Assembly: GCA_905182215.1 (NCBI GenBank)
Contig: CAJJAI010000002.1
Span: 1 to 63,062, forward strand
Reading direction: 5' to 3'
Origin: Flavobacteriales bacterium UBA6772
GTDB lineage: Bacteria; Bacteroidota; Bacteroidia; Flavobacteriales; UBA7430
DNA: 63,062 bases
The notes beneath the pieces were generated by a model. It saw nothing but the letters and a program-made list of their open reading frames with translations, did not search any database and had not been told where the DNA came from. The number at the start of each line of letters is the position of its first letter. Position 1 is the stretch's first letter. Below, piece by piece: positions 20,337-30,595 of the stretch. A program made the translations under genes and the position numbers.

Positions 20337-22106
20337 ATGTACGATATTTTACAATTAAAAGGCAAACTACTTCCCGAATTACAAGGAATTGCAAAAGAAC
20401 TGAGTGTTCCTAAGTTTAGAGCCTTAAAAAAGATGGACTTGATATATCAAATTTTAGATGTACAAGCTATCAACCCAAAGTCAAATACAAAACCAAAGGA
20501 AGAACCAAAAGAGGATCCTAAACCTAAGGCTGTAAAAAAGCCTAGGGCAAAAAAAGAACTTGTTAAGGAAACAACTACAAAAGCTAGCCCTAAAGTGGCG
20601 GAGACTAAAGTTGACACTACAAAGACCGTTGCAACAGTAGAGGAACCTAAGGCAGAAGCTAAGGAAATTACTTCTGAAAATGATGGTATTACAAAGCCTA
20701 CAGAAAAAACACTTCAAGCACGACTTAATCCAGACAAACCTAACCCTAGAGATAGAGCTCTTCGCCCAAGAAGAAAAAAGGAATCTCAATTAGATCGTAT
20801 AAAAAAGGCTGAACAAAGAGTTTCGGAACAAAAACAAGTTATAATTCCTGTAAAAAAGGAAGAAGTTACTGAAGCTGTTCAACCTATAAAAAAAGTGCTA
20901 GAGCCTAAAAAAGCTCCACAAAGTCTGGCTAAAACGCCTCCAAGAACTCAACAAAATCGTAGAAACGACAAGAAAAATGTTGATTACGAATTTGAAGGGA
21001 TCGTTAATAGCGAAGGTGTTTTAGAAATCATGTCTGATGGATATGGATTCTTACGTTCTTCCGATTATAATTACCTAAGTTCTCCAGATGATATTTATGT
21101 TTCTCATTCTCAAATAAAATTATTTGGCTTAAGAACTGGAGATAGCGTGAAAGGAATTGTTCGCCCACCAAAAGAAGGTGAAAAATATTTCCCACTTACC
21201 AGTATTGAAACTATTAACGGGAGAGACCCTAGTTATGTGAGAGATCGTGTGGCCTTTGAACATCTTACCCCACTTTTTCCAGATGAGAAATTTAACCTAG
21301 CAGACAATAATGCAGGTACTGCAGCTCGTATTATAGACCTGTTCTCTCCTATTGGGAAAGGGCAACGTGGATTAATTGTAGCACAACCAAAAACGGGTAA
21401 AACTGTTTTACTTAAAGAAGTAGCCAACTCAATAGCGAAGAATCACCCAGAAGTGTATATGATTGTACTTTTGATTGATGAACGTCCTGAAGAAGTTACC
21501 GACATGGCAAGAACAGTAAATGCAGAGGTGGTATCTTCTACTTTTGATGAACCTGCAGAAAGACATGTAAAAGTGGCCAATATTGTATTGGAGAAAGCCA
21601 AAAGAATGGTAGAATGCGGACACGATGTAGTGATCTTATTAGATTCTATTACGCGTTTAGCACGTGCCTATAACACCGTTTCTCCAGCATCTGGAAAAGT
21701 ACTTTCAGGTGGTATTGACGCTAATGCATTACACAAACCAAAACGCTTCTTTGGAGCTGCTCGTAATATTGAAAATGGTGGTTCGCTAACCATTATTGCT
21801 ACGGCTTTAGTAGATACAGGTTCTAAAATGGACGAGGTTATCTTCGAAGAATTTAAAGGTACCGGTAACATGGAAATGCAATTGGATAGAAAAATTGCAA
21901 ACAAACGTATTTACCCTGCTATTGACTTAGTAAACTCAAGTACAAGAAGAGAAGACTTACTTATGGGTAAAGAAGAACTACAGCGTATGTGGATTATGAG
22001 AAAGCACTTAGCCGACATGACTCCACTCGAAGCAATGGAATTCTTAAAAGATCGTATTAGAAGAACTGAGAACAATGCAGAGTTCTTAGTCTCGATGAAT
22101 GGATAA
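20337..22106 (+). CDS. rho: Transcription termination factor Rho with long N-terminal low-complexity insert
   Basis: [55 protein letters not shown]. Confidence 0.98.
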   Translation: MYDILQLKGKLLPELQGIAKELSVPKFRALKKMDLIYQILDVQAINPKSNTKPKEEPKEDPKPKAVKKPRAKKELVKETTTKASPKVAETKVDTTKTVATVEEPKAEAKEITSENDGITKPTEKTLQARLNPDKPNPRDRALRPRRKKESQLDRIKKAEQRVSEQKQVIIPVKKEEVTEAVQPIKKVLEPKKAPQSLAKTPPRTQQNRRNDKKNVDYEFEGIVNSEGVLEIMSDGYGFLRSSDYNYLSSPDDIYVSHSQIKLFGLRTGDSVKGIVRPPKEGEKYFPLTSIETINGRDPSYVRDRVAFEHLTPLFPDEKFNLADNNAGTAARIIDLFSPIGKGQRGLIVAQPKTGKTVLLKEVANSIAKNHPEVYMIVLLIDERPEEVTDMARTVNAEVVSSTFDEPAERHVKVANIVLEKAKRMVECGHDVVILLDSITRLARAYNTVSPASGKVLSGGIDANALHKPKRFFGAARNIENGGSLTIIATALVDTGSKMDEVIFEEFKGTGNMEMQLDRKIANKRIYPAIDLVNSSTRREDLLMGKEELQRMWIMRKHLADMTPLEAMEFLKDRIRRTENNAEFLVSMNG

Positions 22107-22121
22107 CATTCTATAACTCAC

Positions 22122-22161
22122 AAAAAGGCTCTATTCGAATTCGGATAGAGCCTTTTTTTTT
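22122..22161 (+). terminator. Intrinsic terminator after rho
   Basis: AAAAAGGCTCTATTCGAATTCGGATAGAGCC followed by T9. Confidence 0.88.
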
Positions 22162-22193
22162 GACAGAAAGAAGAAGAAGAAGGAAAACATACC

Positions 22194-22207
22194 CTTCGAG
22201 AAGCTCA
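22194..22207 (+). repeat. REP-like repeat copy 1 (degenerate)
   Basis: CTTCGAGAAGCTCA, 12/14 identical to the reverse complement of copy 2. Confidence 0.5.
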
Positions 22208-22313
22208 AGAGAACAAATAAGGAAATGGTGAATGGTGAAATGAATTTTTTCTCAAACAATCTCCAACCAATAACTATCAACTCCTTACTTCAACTCAAAA
22301 CTATTTTTTTCTT

Positions 22314-22338
22314 GTCAGTATGAGCCTGTCGAAGACCT
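22314..22338 (-). repeat. REP-like repeat copy 2
   Basis: GTCAGTATGAGCCTGTCGAAGACCT; its reverse complement is 21/25 identical to 35493-35517. Confidence 0.7.
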
Positions 22339-22394
22339 TCCAGACTTTCATTGATTTTTTTGACACAGCGACAATATTCGACTATCTTAAAAGC

Positions 22395-22425
22395 AAAAAA
22401 AAAGCTTCCCGAAGGAAGCTTTTTT
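22395..22425 (-). terminator. Intrinsic terminator after gdhA
   Basis: A-run, GCTTCC-CGAA-GGAAGC, T-run (UUCG loop on the minus strand). Confidence 0.9.
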
Positions 22426-22444
22426 ATATTTATAAAGGGTTTTA

Positions 22445-23785
22445 TTAAACTACACCCTGGTCTAACATAGCATCGGCAACTTTAACGAAACCTGCAACGT
22501 TGGCACCTTTTACATAGTTTACATATCCGGTATGATCACCACCATGCTTCACACAAGCTTCGTGAATATCAACCATAATAGTATATAGTTTTGCATCTAC
22601 CTCTTCACGAGACCAATTGTAACGCATAGAGTTTTGAGACATCTCTAATCCAGAAACAGCTACACCACCTGCATTAGAGGCTTTACCTGGAGCAAACAAA
22701 ATTTTATTTGCATCAAATACTTCAATTGCATCTGGTGTACAAGGCATATTAGCACCTTCACTCACACAAATACATCCGTTAGCAACTAAAAGAGCTGCTT
22801 CTTCAGCATTTAATTCGTTTTGAGTAGCACAAGGAAGAGCTACATCACATTTAATAGACCAAGGTCTTTGTCCTGCGTGGAATACACAACCGTACTTATC
22901 AGCATAAGCCTTAATACGACCTCTTTGAACATTTTTCAAGTCCATTACGAAAGCTAATTTCTCGGCATCAACACCGTCTGAATCGTAAATATAACCTGAA
23001 GAATCAGATAAAGAAACCACTTTACCACCTAACTCAGTTACTTTTTCACAAGCATACTGTGCTACGTTTCCAGCTCCAGAAATAGCCACTGTTTTACCAG
23101 CAAAACTATCCCCTTTAGTTTTAAGCATTTGGTCTGCAAAGTATACATTACCGTAACCGGTAGCTTCTGGACGGATTAAAGAACCACCCCAAGAAGCACC
23201 TTTACCTGTAAGTACACCTGTAAATTCATTTCTTAAACGCTTGTATTGACCGAACATAAATCCAATCTCACGTCCACCTACACCAATATCTCCAGCTGGA
23301 ATATCTGTGTTAGGTCCTATATGTCTGAACAACTCCGACATAAAGCTCTGACAAAAACGCATCACTTCATTATCAGACTTCGCTTTAGGGTTAAAGTCAG
23401 CACCACCTTTACCACCACCCATAGGTAGTGTAGTAAGGCTGTTTTTAAATACTTGTTCGAAAGCTAAGAATTTCAGAATCCCTAAGTTTACCGAAGGATG
23501 AAAACGCAATCCACCTTTATAAGGTCCAATTGCACTGTTCATTTCTATACGGAAACCTCTGTTTACTTGAATTTCTCCTTTATCGTCTAACCAAGGAACA
23601 CGAAACATAATTACGCGTTCTGGTTCAACCATACGTTCTAACAACATTGCATTGTTGTACTTAGGGTTTTTCTCAATAAAAGGAATCACTGCTTCAGCTA
23701 CCTCAGTAACTGCTTGAATGAATTCTGGCTCATTGCCATTTCTAACTTTTACACTTTCTATAAAAGCGTTGATCTTTGCCTCCAT
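22445..23785 (-). CDS. gdhA: NADP-specific glutamate dehydrogenase
   Basis: GPYKGGLRFHP, LPMGGGKGG, PAGDIGVG, RPEATGYG, NAGGVAVSGLEM; -7 box TACGTTTG at 23816-23823. Confidence 0.98.
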   Translation of the reverse strand: MEAKINAFIESVKVRNGNEPEFIQAVTEVAEAVIPFIEKNPKYNNAMLLERMVEPERVIMFRVPWLDDKGEIQVNRGFRIEMNSAIGPYKGGLRFHPSVNLGILKFLAFEQVFKNSLTTLPMGGGKGGADFNPKAKSDNEVMRFCQSFMSELFRHIGPNTDIPAGDIGVGGREIGFMFGQYKRLRNEFTGVLTGKGASWGGSLIRPEATGYGNVYFADQMLKTKGDSFAGKTVAISGAGNVAQYACEKVTELGGKVVSLSDSSGYIYDSDGVDAEKLAFVMDLKNVQRGRIKAYADKYGCVFHAGQRPWSIKCDVALPCATQNELNAEEAALLVANGCICVSEGANMPCTPDAIEVFDANKILFAPGKASNAGGVAVSGLEMSQNSMRYNWSREEVDAKLYTIMVDIHEACVKHGGDHTGYVNYVKGANVAGFVKVADAMLDQGVV

Positions 23786-23861
23786 CACTGTGGTGTTAAA
23801 TAATTAAATACGCTGCAAACGTAAAACTTTTTTCTTTTATGACCATCAAAAATCACATTTT

Positions 23862-24965
23862 CTAGGACTTTGCATACTGATTACCTGGCAAGGCTCTTAC
23901 CAAGCCCTTAAGCTCTAGCTGTAATAGAATTTGCATGATTTTAGGTATGCTCAATTTCGCTTGAAAACCGATTAAGTCTAAACTTAATTTTTCTTTACTT
24001 GATAATATACCGAGAATTTCTTGCTCCTCTTTGTTCAAATCTACGAATAATGACACTTGTAGGCTAGGATTTTTTTCGGATTCCTTATCCCAGCCCATCA
24101 AATAGCAAATATCGTTGGACGACTGTATTAAAGCTGCCTGATTTCTGCGTATTAACTGATTGCAACCTTCAGAATTCTCATCTCCTACTCTACCGGGAAC
24201 AGCAAAAACATCTCTACTATAAGAGTTTGCTATATCTGCAGTTATTAAAGCGCCACCTTTTTTGCGTGCTTCTACTACAAGAGTAGCATCTGATAGTCCA
24301 GCAATAATTCTATTTCGTTTAGGGAAATTCTCTCTATCGGGTTTGGTTCCACTCATAAAATCGGAAAGCAGACCGCCTTGATCTTGCATTTCTCGAGCCA
24401 CTTGGGTATGTAATTGTGGATAAACGCGATCTAATCCATGTGCCAAAACCCCCATTGTAGGAACATTGTATTTTAAACAAGCCTTATGTGCGGCAATGTC
24501 TATTCCGTATGCCAAGCCACTCACTACTACAATATCATTTAAGTCACTGAGACCTTCAATAATTTTATCGGTCATTTGCTTCCCATAATCAGTAGCTCTA
24601 CGAGTACCAACTATGCTAATAATTCTTTTTGCATTTAAGTTAATAGACCCTTTTGTATAAAGCATAATGGGTGCATCGCCACATTGCCTAAGTCTAAATG
24701 AATAATCATCTTCCATAAAATAGATGGGCTTGATGTCATTTTGTTCCATGAACTTCAACTCGAACTCCGCAGCTGAAAGCAAATCTTGTGATACAATAGA
24801 ATTGGCAATTGCTGGACCAATACCAGGTATTAGTAACAGTGCTTTTTTAGATTCTTTAAAAACCGGTTCGGCACCTCCACAATAAGCGATTAACTTTTTT
24901 GCAGCTACGTCCCCTACCTTAGGAACTAAGGTTAAAGCTATTTGATATATTTTTTCCGAATTCAT
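23862..24965 (-). CDS. dprA: DNA-processing protein DprA
   Basis: SIVGTR, VSGLAYGIDIAAH, FPKRNRIIAGLS, GGALITA, C-terminal winged helix. Confidence 0.97.
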   Translation of the reverse strand: MNSEKIYQIALTLVPKVGDVAAKKLIAYCGGAEPVFKESKKALLLIPGIGPAIANSIVSQDLLSAAEFELKFMEQNDIKPIYFMEDDYSFRLRQCGDAPIMLYTKGSINLNAKRIISIVGTRRATDYGKQMTDKIIEGLSDLNDIVVVSGLAYGIDIAAHKACLKYNVPTMGVLAHGLDRVYPQLHTQVAREMQDQGGLLSDFMSGTKPDRENFPKRNRIIAGLSDATLVVEARKKGGALITADIANSYSRDVFAVPGRVGDENSEGCNQLIRRNQAALIQSSNDICYLMGWDKESEKNPSLQVSLFVDLNKEEQEILGILSSKEKLSLDLIGFQAKLSIPKIMQILLQLELKGLVRALPGNQYAKS

Positions 24966-25003
24966 TTAAGAAAAACCTATTTTTGAAGAATAAGATTCAA
25001 ATT

Positions 25004-27487
25004 ATGGCAAAATTATACTTTCGCGTTTTTATTCTTGCATTTATGTCCTGTTTTCTAGCTGAAGCACAGGTAAAAGTTTCAGGAATTATCCACCAAAAAA
25101 GCAGCTTAGAACCCATTTCAAATGTACATATTATTTATGGGAATTCTGAAGGAACTTTCAGTGATCTAGACGGTTATTTTGAACTTAACTTAGACAAAGG
25201 AACCTATGATTTATCATTTCAACATCTTAGCTTTACAACATATGTTTTACAGGGAATCTCTACACTAGAAGGTATACCACTAAAATTGAGTGTCAGCTTA
25301 GAAACCAAACACGATAAACTAGAAACGATTGTTTTAAGCGCTGGTAAATTTGAACAACGATTAGAAGACATTAGCGTTTCTATGGATGTTATAAAAGGAA
25401 CCTTTATAGACAACCAAAATAACTACAATGTTGAAAGAAGTATTGCGCAAGCGCCAGGGGTACATATTGTAGATGGACAGATAAATATTAGAGGTGGTAG
25501 TGGCTGGAGTTATGGAGCTGGCTCTAGAGTTTTAGTATTATTAGATGGACTGCCCATTACAAACTCAACTACGGGTGCAGTACAATGGGAACTTATTCCT
25601 GCTGAGAATATTGAAAATATTGAAATTATAAAGGGGGCATCCTCAGTATTATTTGGATCCTCTGCTTTAAACGGTGTTATTAATATTACAAGTAAAAAAC
25701 CTTCTAATAAGCCACAAATAAACTTCTCTGTTTATCACACTATATACGACAAAGCAAAGAGAGCTTCTTTAAATTGGTGGGCTCCCACAGAAGCTAACCC
25801 TCAGGAAAAAGGATATAATTTCAATCATTCTTTTAAAATTGAAAACCTAAGTTTAAACTACGGACTTCAAATACACCAAAGCGACGGTTTTCAAGGTTTA
25901 CTCGATACACTTATAACAGGCACAGATACAATTCCTAGAGTTCATCATTTAGGAAACGATAGGGTACGCTTATTTTTAAACACTAATGTGCAATCAAAAC
26001 GAATAAAAGGATTGGAATATGGTGTAAATGCGTCCTATTTACGCTTTAACGAAGCAGACGGTTTTATGTATTTAAGCGATTCTTTAGGCTACACTCCATT
26101 CAGCGAAGACAAGTTCTCTGTATTTAAAAGTGCTCAACTAAGCATCAGCCCAAGAGTATCTTACTTAAACTCGCGCAATAACACCAAACATAATTTATTA
26201 GGCCGTGTTTTACAAACCAACTTCAATCCCGATGGAACTCAAAAACTTAATAATTACATTGCGGTATATTCCGAGTATTTATTTCAGAAATTCTATTTAA
26301 ACGGAACTTGGACTTCGGGCGCGAATATGAATTACTTTGTGGGTTTATCAGACTTTTTCGACAATGACAAAACAGGAATTAACTATGCGTTATTTTCACA
26401 ATACGATCATACACAAGGTCCTTTATTATTTAGTGCTGGCGCACGTTACGAACAGTATAATTTAAGAGGAAAAAACGAAGGGAGACCTATTTTTAGAGGA
26501 GGCCTAAATTACCAAATCAACGAACGTAACTTCCTAAGAGCTTCCATTGGACAAGGCTATAGATACCCGAGTATGTACGAGTTATTTTTATTTAAAGATG
26601 CAGGACAAATCTCTATTTACTCAAATCCAGAACTCAAAGCAGAAACAGGGTATACAGCAGAAATAGGCTATAAACATAAATGGGTACTTAACGAATCTCT
26701 TAAAACTTATTTCGATATAGCTGCTTTTCATATGGTATATAACGATATGGTAGAATACAGCTATGGGTTGTGGGGAGATTCCACAAGACTTAATCCTTTA
26801 GGAGTGGGATTTAAGCCTATTAATGTAGGTCAAACAAAAATATCAGGACTCGACCTTTCTATATTATCAGAAGGGAAATTAGGTAAATGGGATATTTATA
26901 CCCGAATGAGTTACACCTATATGATTCCGAGAGCTACTAAACCAAATGAGGTGTATGGTTCCTACAACGATCGACTAGATGCATTAATCCAAAACTTCAT
27001 CGACCAAGGGATAATAGACGAAACGCTGGTTCCTATATTAGAACAAATTGCGGAAGCAGAAAGTCAGTTATCATACAATTCTACGTCCTCACTCCCAGAC
27101 AGCGAGACCTTAAAATATAGATATCGCCATATGGCTAAATTCGATTTAGGTATTACCAGAGGGAAATGGACTATAGGAACACATTTGCATTATAACTCCT
27201 TTATGGAAAATATTGATAAGCTTTTTGAGAGTGGTGCATTTAATGCCGAAGTTCTTGATATATTTACACTCGCAGATGCAAATATTTTCGATATGGGTAT
27301 TAAAGAATCGAGAAGCAATCTTAAAAATGGAGATTTATTAGCAGATATCAGAATCTCTTATAATTTTGCTGAGTATTTCACAATACAAGCACTAGTAGAA
27401 AATGCCAGCAACAGAGAATACCAAATACGTCCAGGATCCATAGGGTCTCCGCGTACATTCTCCCTAAAACTAACAGCACAATTCTAA
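25004..27487 (+). CDS. TonB-dependent receptor (paralogue 1) with N-terminal carboxypeptidase-regulatory-like domain
   Basis: Signal peptide; plug motifs NIRGGSG, VLVLLDG, IEIIKGASSVLFGSSALNGVINI; C-terminal PRTFSLKLTAQF. ATG 25004 preferred because a -7 box overlaps the ORF-track TTG. Confidence 0.92.
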   Translation: MAKLYFRVFILAFMSCFLAEAQVKVSGIIHQKSSLEPISNVHIIYGNSEGTFSDLDGYFELNLDKGTYDLSFQHLSFTTYVLQGISTLEGIPLKLSVSLETKHDKLETIVLSAGKFEQRLEDISVSMDVIKGTFIDNQNNYNVERSIAQAPGVHIVDGQINIRGGSGWSYGAGSRVLVLLDGLPITNSTTGAVQWELIPAENIENIEIIKGASSVLFGSSALNGVINITSKKPSNKPQINFSVYHTIYDKAKRASLNWWAPTEANPQEKGYNFNHSFKIENLSLNYGLQIHQSDGFQGLLDTLITGTDTIPRVHHLGNDRVRLFLNTNVQSKRIKGLEYGVNASYLRFNEADGFMYLSDSLGYTPFSEDKFSVFKSAQLSISPRVSYLNSRNNTKHNLLGRVLQTNFNPDGTQKLNNYIAVYSEYLFQKFYLNGTWTSGANMNYFVGLSDFFDNDKTGINYALFSQYDHTQGPLLFSAGARYEQYNLRGKNEGRPIFRGGLNYQINERNFLRASIGQGYRYPSMYELFLFKDAGQISIYSNPELKAETGYTAEIGYKHKWVLNESLKTYFDIAAFHMVYNDMVEYSYGLWGDSTRLNPLGVGFKPINVGQTKISGLDLSILSEGKLGKWDIYTRMSYTYMIPRATKPNEVYGSYNDRLDALIQNFIDQGIIDETLVPILEQIAEAESQLSYNSTSSLPDSETLKYRYRHMAKFDLGITRGKWTIGTHLHYNSFMENIDKLFESGAFNAEVLDIFTLADANIFDMGIKESRSNLKNGDLLADIRISYNFAEYFTIQALVENASNREYQIRPGSIGSPRTFSLKLTAQF

Positions 27488-27497
27488 TCCCTATAGA

Positions 27498-29825
27498 ATG
27501 AAAAAAACCACTTTATTAATCGTCTTTATAGCTTCCATTTGCAATGCATGGGCGCAAAATACTGTTAACGGAAAAGTTACCGATCAAAATTCGGAAGAAC
27601 TTATAGGCGTAAACATTTCGGTAAAAGACATTACTGGACTTGGTACGGTAACAGATTTTAATGGCGATTACGCTATTGAAATCCCTCAAGGTTGCCACGA
27701 CTTACTCTTTCAATATATTGGATTTGAAGATTTAATAAAGACTATTTGCGCTGAGAAATCAGGATATACAAGTCTAAACATAAGCTTAAAAGAGTCTTCT
27801 GAAATATTAGGAACTGTAGTGCTTTCAGCTGGTAAATTTGAACAACGACTTGAAGAAGTTACCGTTTCAATGGACGTTATCAAGCCTGAATTAATAGAAA
27901 ATAAAGCTGCAGCATCCATAGATCGCACTATTAACCAAGCACCAGCTGTACATGTGGTAGATGGTCAGGCTAATATCCGAAGCGGTAGTGGCTGGAGTTA
28001 TGGAGCTGGATCTAGAGTAATGGTAATGGTAGATGGAATGCCATTAATGAGCGGTGACCAAGGAGCGGCAGAATGGCATTTAGTTCCAATGGAAAACATT
28101 TCTCAAATTGAAATTATTAAAGGTGCTTCATCCGTTCTATTTGGTTCATCTGCACTAAACGGATCTATAAACATTAGAACTAGTTACCCAACATCAGAGC
28201 CAGTAAACAAGCTGAGTATAACACATACTGCCTACGGGAAACCAAGTAGAGAGAATCTACACTGGTATAAAGGTGGATACACTTCTGCAAATAATATTTC
28301 GTACTTACATTCTCATAAAAAGGACAACCACGATTTTGTTTTAGGAGCCAACCTATACTACGATGGAGGTTATATGGAAAAAGTAACGACTAAAAGAGCT
28401 CGAATAAATATGGCTTTCACTAACTATTCTAAAGTAGTTGAAGGTTTGAGTTATGGAGTAAAAACAAACATTATGAGAAGTGAAGTAGGAGATGCTATTA
28501 TGTGGCAGCACGACAGCTTAGCTTACCAAGCACTAGACAACGATCCTGGATATAGAAATAATGCATACTTAAGTATTGATCCATTTATCACCTACAGCAA
28601 TCCAGAAAATGGAACTAAACACAGCTTAAATTCTAGGTATTTTAGAATCAACATTTTACCAGGATACCAGGATTCTACACAATATACATCTGCACTAGCA
28701 AGCCGTTTTTCCAATGTGTATTTTACTGACTACCAATACCAAAAACAAATAAAAGACTTTCTTACACTTACCTCTGGTTATACCTTTAAGTATAGCGATG
28801 GGCAAGACATGGAAGTCTATGGAAAACACAAGAATATTAACCACTCTCTTTACAGCCAGGCAGATGTAAAACACAAGCGATTGAACCTTTCTTTAGGCGC
28901 GCGTTTTGAACATTACAATAATGGTACAGCATATAATAAACCGATTTTTAGATCGGGTATAAATTACAGAATAGCTAAAGTAACTTATTTAAGAGGATCT
29001 TATGGTGAAGGAATCCGATTCCCTACAATGATTGAACGATTTGTAACCTTTAACACTGGGCCTGTTTATATTTATCCTAACGAAAATTTACAACCTGAAA
29101 CAGGTTGGAGTGCTGAAATAGGAATTAAACAAGGATTCCAAGTTGGTGATTGGAAAGGATTTGTTGATTTAGCTGCATTTGTGATGGAATACGATGATAT
29201 GATGGAATTCAGCTTTGGGAAATGGGGTGCATCAGACCATGGTCTTGGTGGATTAGGCTTTAAATCTATTAATATAGGTAATACTCGAATTGAAGGAATG
29301 GAAATTTCTTGGGGTGGCGAAGGTAAAATAGGTCAAACTGAGATTACTATTATGGGTGGATACACTTTTACATCTCCATTTATAAACGACATTCACAACG
29401 AATATAATTCGTACTCTTATGTGTCTGGAGGAGATACTCTTTCTGTACCGATTACTTATGCATCTACGAGTATTGACACTACTGGAGTATTAAAATACCG
29501 TTATGAGCATCTTGCTAAAATGGACATTAACATTCAACATAATAGATTAAATTTAGGTTTTTCTGCTCGTGCAAACAGCGCAATGAAAAATATTGACAAA
29601 ATTTTTAATGAGCCTTTATTTGAATATTCATTAGGGACAAAATCTGCGTGGGATAGATTGAATGAAAGCAATTTAATACTTGATTTTAGAATAGGATACG
29701 ACCTTACAGAAAGCAGTACGTTTTCATTTAATATAGATAATATGTTAAATAGAGAATACCTACAAAGGCCAGCATCTCTGGGTAGACCAAGAACATTCTC
29801 TTTGCTTTATAGAATTAAATTCTAA
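27498..29825 (+). CDS. TonB-dependent receptor (paralogue 2)
   Basis: Same architecture and motifs as paralogue 1 (SAGKFEQRLEE, GSGWSYGAGSRV, KYRYEHLAK, PRTFSLLYRIKF). Confidence 0.93.
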   Translation: MKKTTLLIVFIASICNAWAQNTVNGKVTDQNSEELIGVNISVKDITGLGTVTDFNGDYAIEIPQGCHDLLFQYIGFEDLIKTICAEKSGYTSLNISLKESSEILGTVVLSAGKFEQRLEEVTVSMDVIKPELIENKAAASIDRTINQAPAVHVVDGQANIRSGSGWSYGAGSRVMVMVDGMPLMSGDQGAAEWHLVPMENISQIEIIKGASSVLFGSSALNGSINIRTSYPTSEPVNKLSITHTAYGKPSRENLHWYKGGYTSANNISYLHSHKKDNHDFVLGANLYYDGGYMEKVTTKRARINMAFTNYSKVVEGLSYGVKTNIMRSEVGDAIMWQHDSLAYQALDNDPGYRNNAYLSIDPFITYSNPENGTKHSLNSRYFRINILPGYQDSTQYTSALASRFSNVYFTDYQYQKQIKDFLTLTSGYTFKYSDGQDMEVYGKHKNINHSLYSQADVKHKRLNLSLGARFEHYNNGTAYNKPIFRSGINYRIAKVTYLRGSYGEGIRFPTMIERFVTFNTGPVYIYPNENLQPETGWSAEIGIKQGFQVGDWKGFVDLAAFVMEYDDMMEFSFGKWGASDHGLGGLGFKSINIGNTRIEGMEISWGGEGKIGQTEITIMGGYTFTSPFINDIHNEYNSYSYVSGGDTLSVPITYASTSIDTTGVLKYRYEHLAKMDINIQHNRLNLGFSARANSAMKNIDKIFNEPLFEYSLGTKSAWDRLNESNLILDFRIGYDLTESSTFSFNIDNMLNREYLQRPASLGRPRTFSLLYRIKF

Positions 29826-30569
29826 ATGGAATTTATAGGCATCATACCAGCACGTTACGAGTCAAGTCGATTTCCAGGAAAACCTCTAGTAGATATTCAT
29901 GGGAAATCGATGATACAACGCGTATACGAACAATGTTTAAAAGCAAAGCTCAATCGTGTTGTAGTTGCCACAGATGACACTCGTATTTTTGAACATGTTA
30001 AAGATTTTGAAGGTGAAGTTGTAATGACTTCTAACAGCCATAAAAGTGGTACCGATAGAATTTCCGAAGCAGCCAAAACACTTCAACTTTCAGAAGATGT
30101 TATTATCTTAAACATCCAAGGAGACGAACCTTTTATAGACCCAGAGGACATCAATACTGTGGCTGCTTGTTTTACTGATAAAAGCACACAAATTGCAACT
30201 TTAGTGAAAGTGATTAAAGAGGTGGATGTTCTTCTAAACTGCAATAGTCCAAAAGTTGCTTTAGGATTAAGAGGTCAGGCACTTTATTTCTCTAGAGAAG
30301 CTATTCCTCACCTAAGAGGCGTAGAAAAAAAAGACTGGCTGAGTAAACAAACTTACTACCAACATGTAGGGATTTACGCTTTTAAACACGCTACCTTAAA
30401 CGCGATAAGCAAATTACCAATGGGAGTTTTAGAGCAATCTGAAGGACTAGAGCAACTGCGTTGGTTAGAGAATGGTTATACGATACAAACTGCAGAAATT
30501 GCATCTGAATGTATAGCTGTTGATTCTCCAGAAGATTTAAAAAGAATCGATAAAAAATTCTTTTCCTAG
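29826..30569 (+). CDS. kdsB: 3-deoxy-manno-octulosonate cytidylyltransferase
   Basis: IIPARYESSRFPGKPL, SGTDR, NIQGDEP, ALYFSR, EGLEQLRWLENG. Confidence 0.97.
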   Translation: MEFIGIIPARYESSRFPGKPLVDIHGKSMIQRVYEQCLKAKLNRVVVATDDTRIFEHVKDFEGEVVMTSNSHKSGTDRISEAAKTLQLSEDVIILNIQGDEPFIDPEDINTVAACFTDKSTQIATLVKVIKEVDVLLNCNSPKVALGLRGQALYFSREAIPHLRGVEKKDWLSKQTYYQHVGIYAFKHATLNAISKLPMGVLEQSEGLEQLRWLENGYTIQTAEIASECIAVDSPEDLKRIDKKFFS

Positions 30570-30595
30570 TCAATAGAATTCCTAAATTAGCATCT

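Noticed and set aside
22170-22182. (GAA)4 tract, also AGA repeats at 8004-8015
   Set aside because: Too short to imply phase variation; the second simply encodes Arg4 in IF3.
25004-29825. Possible polysaccharide utilisation locus
   Set aside because: No SusD, CAZymes or sensor-regulator, and the receptors are shorter than typical SusC.
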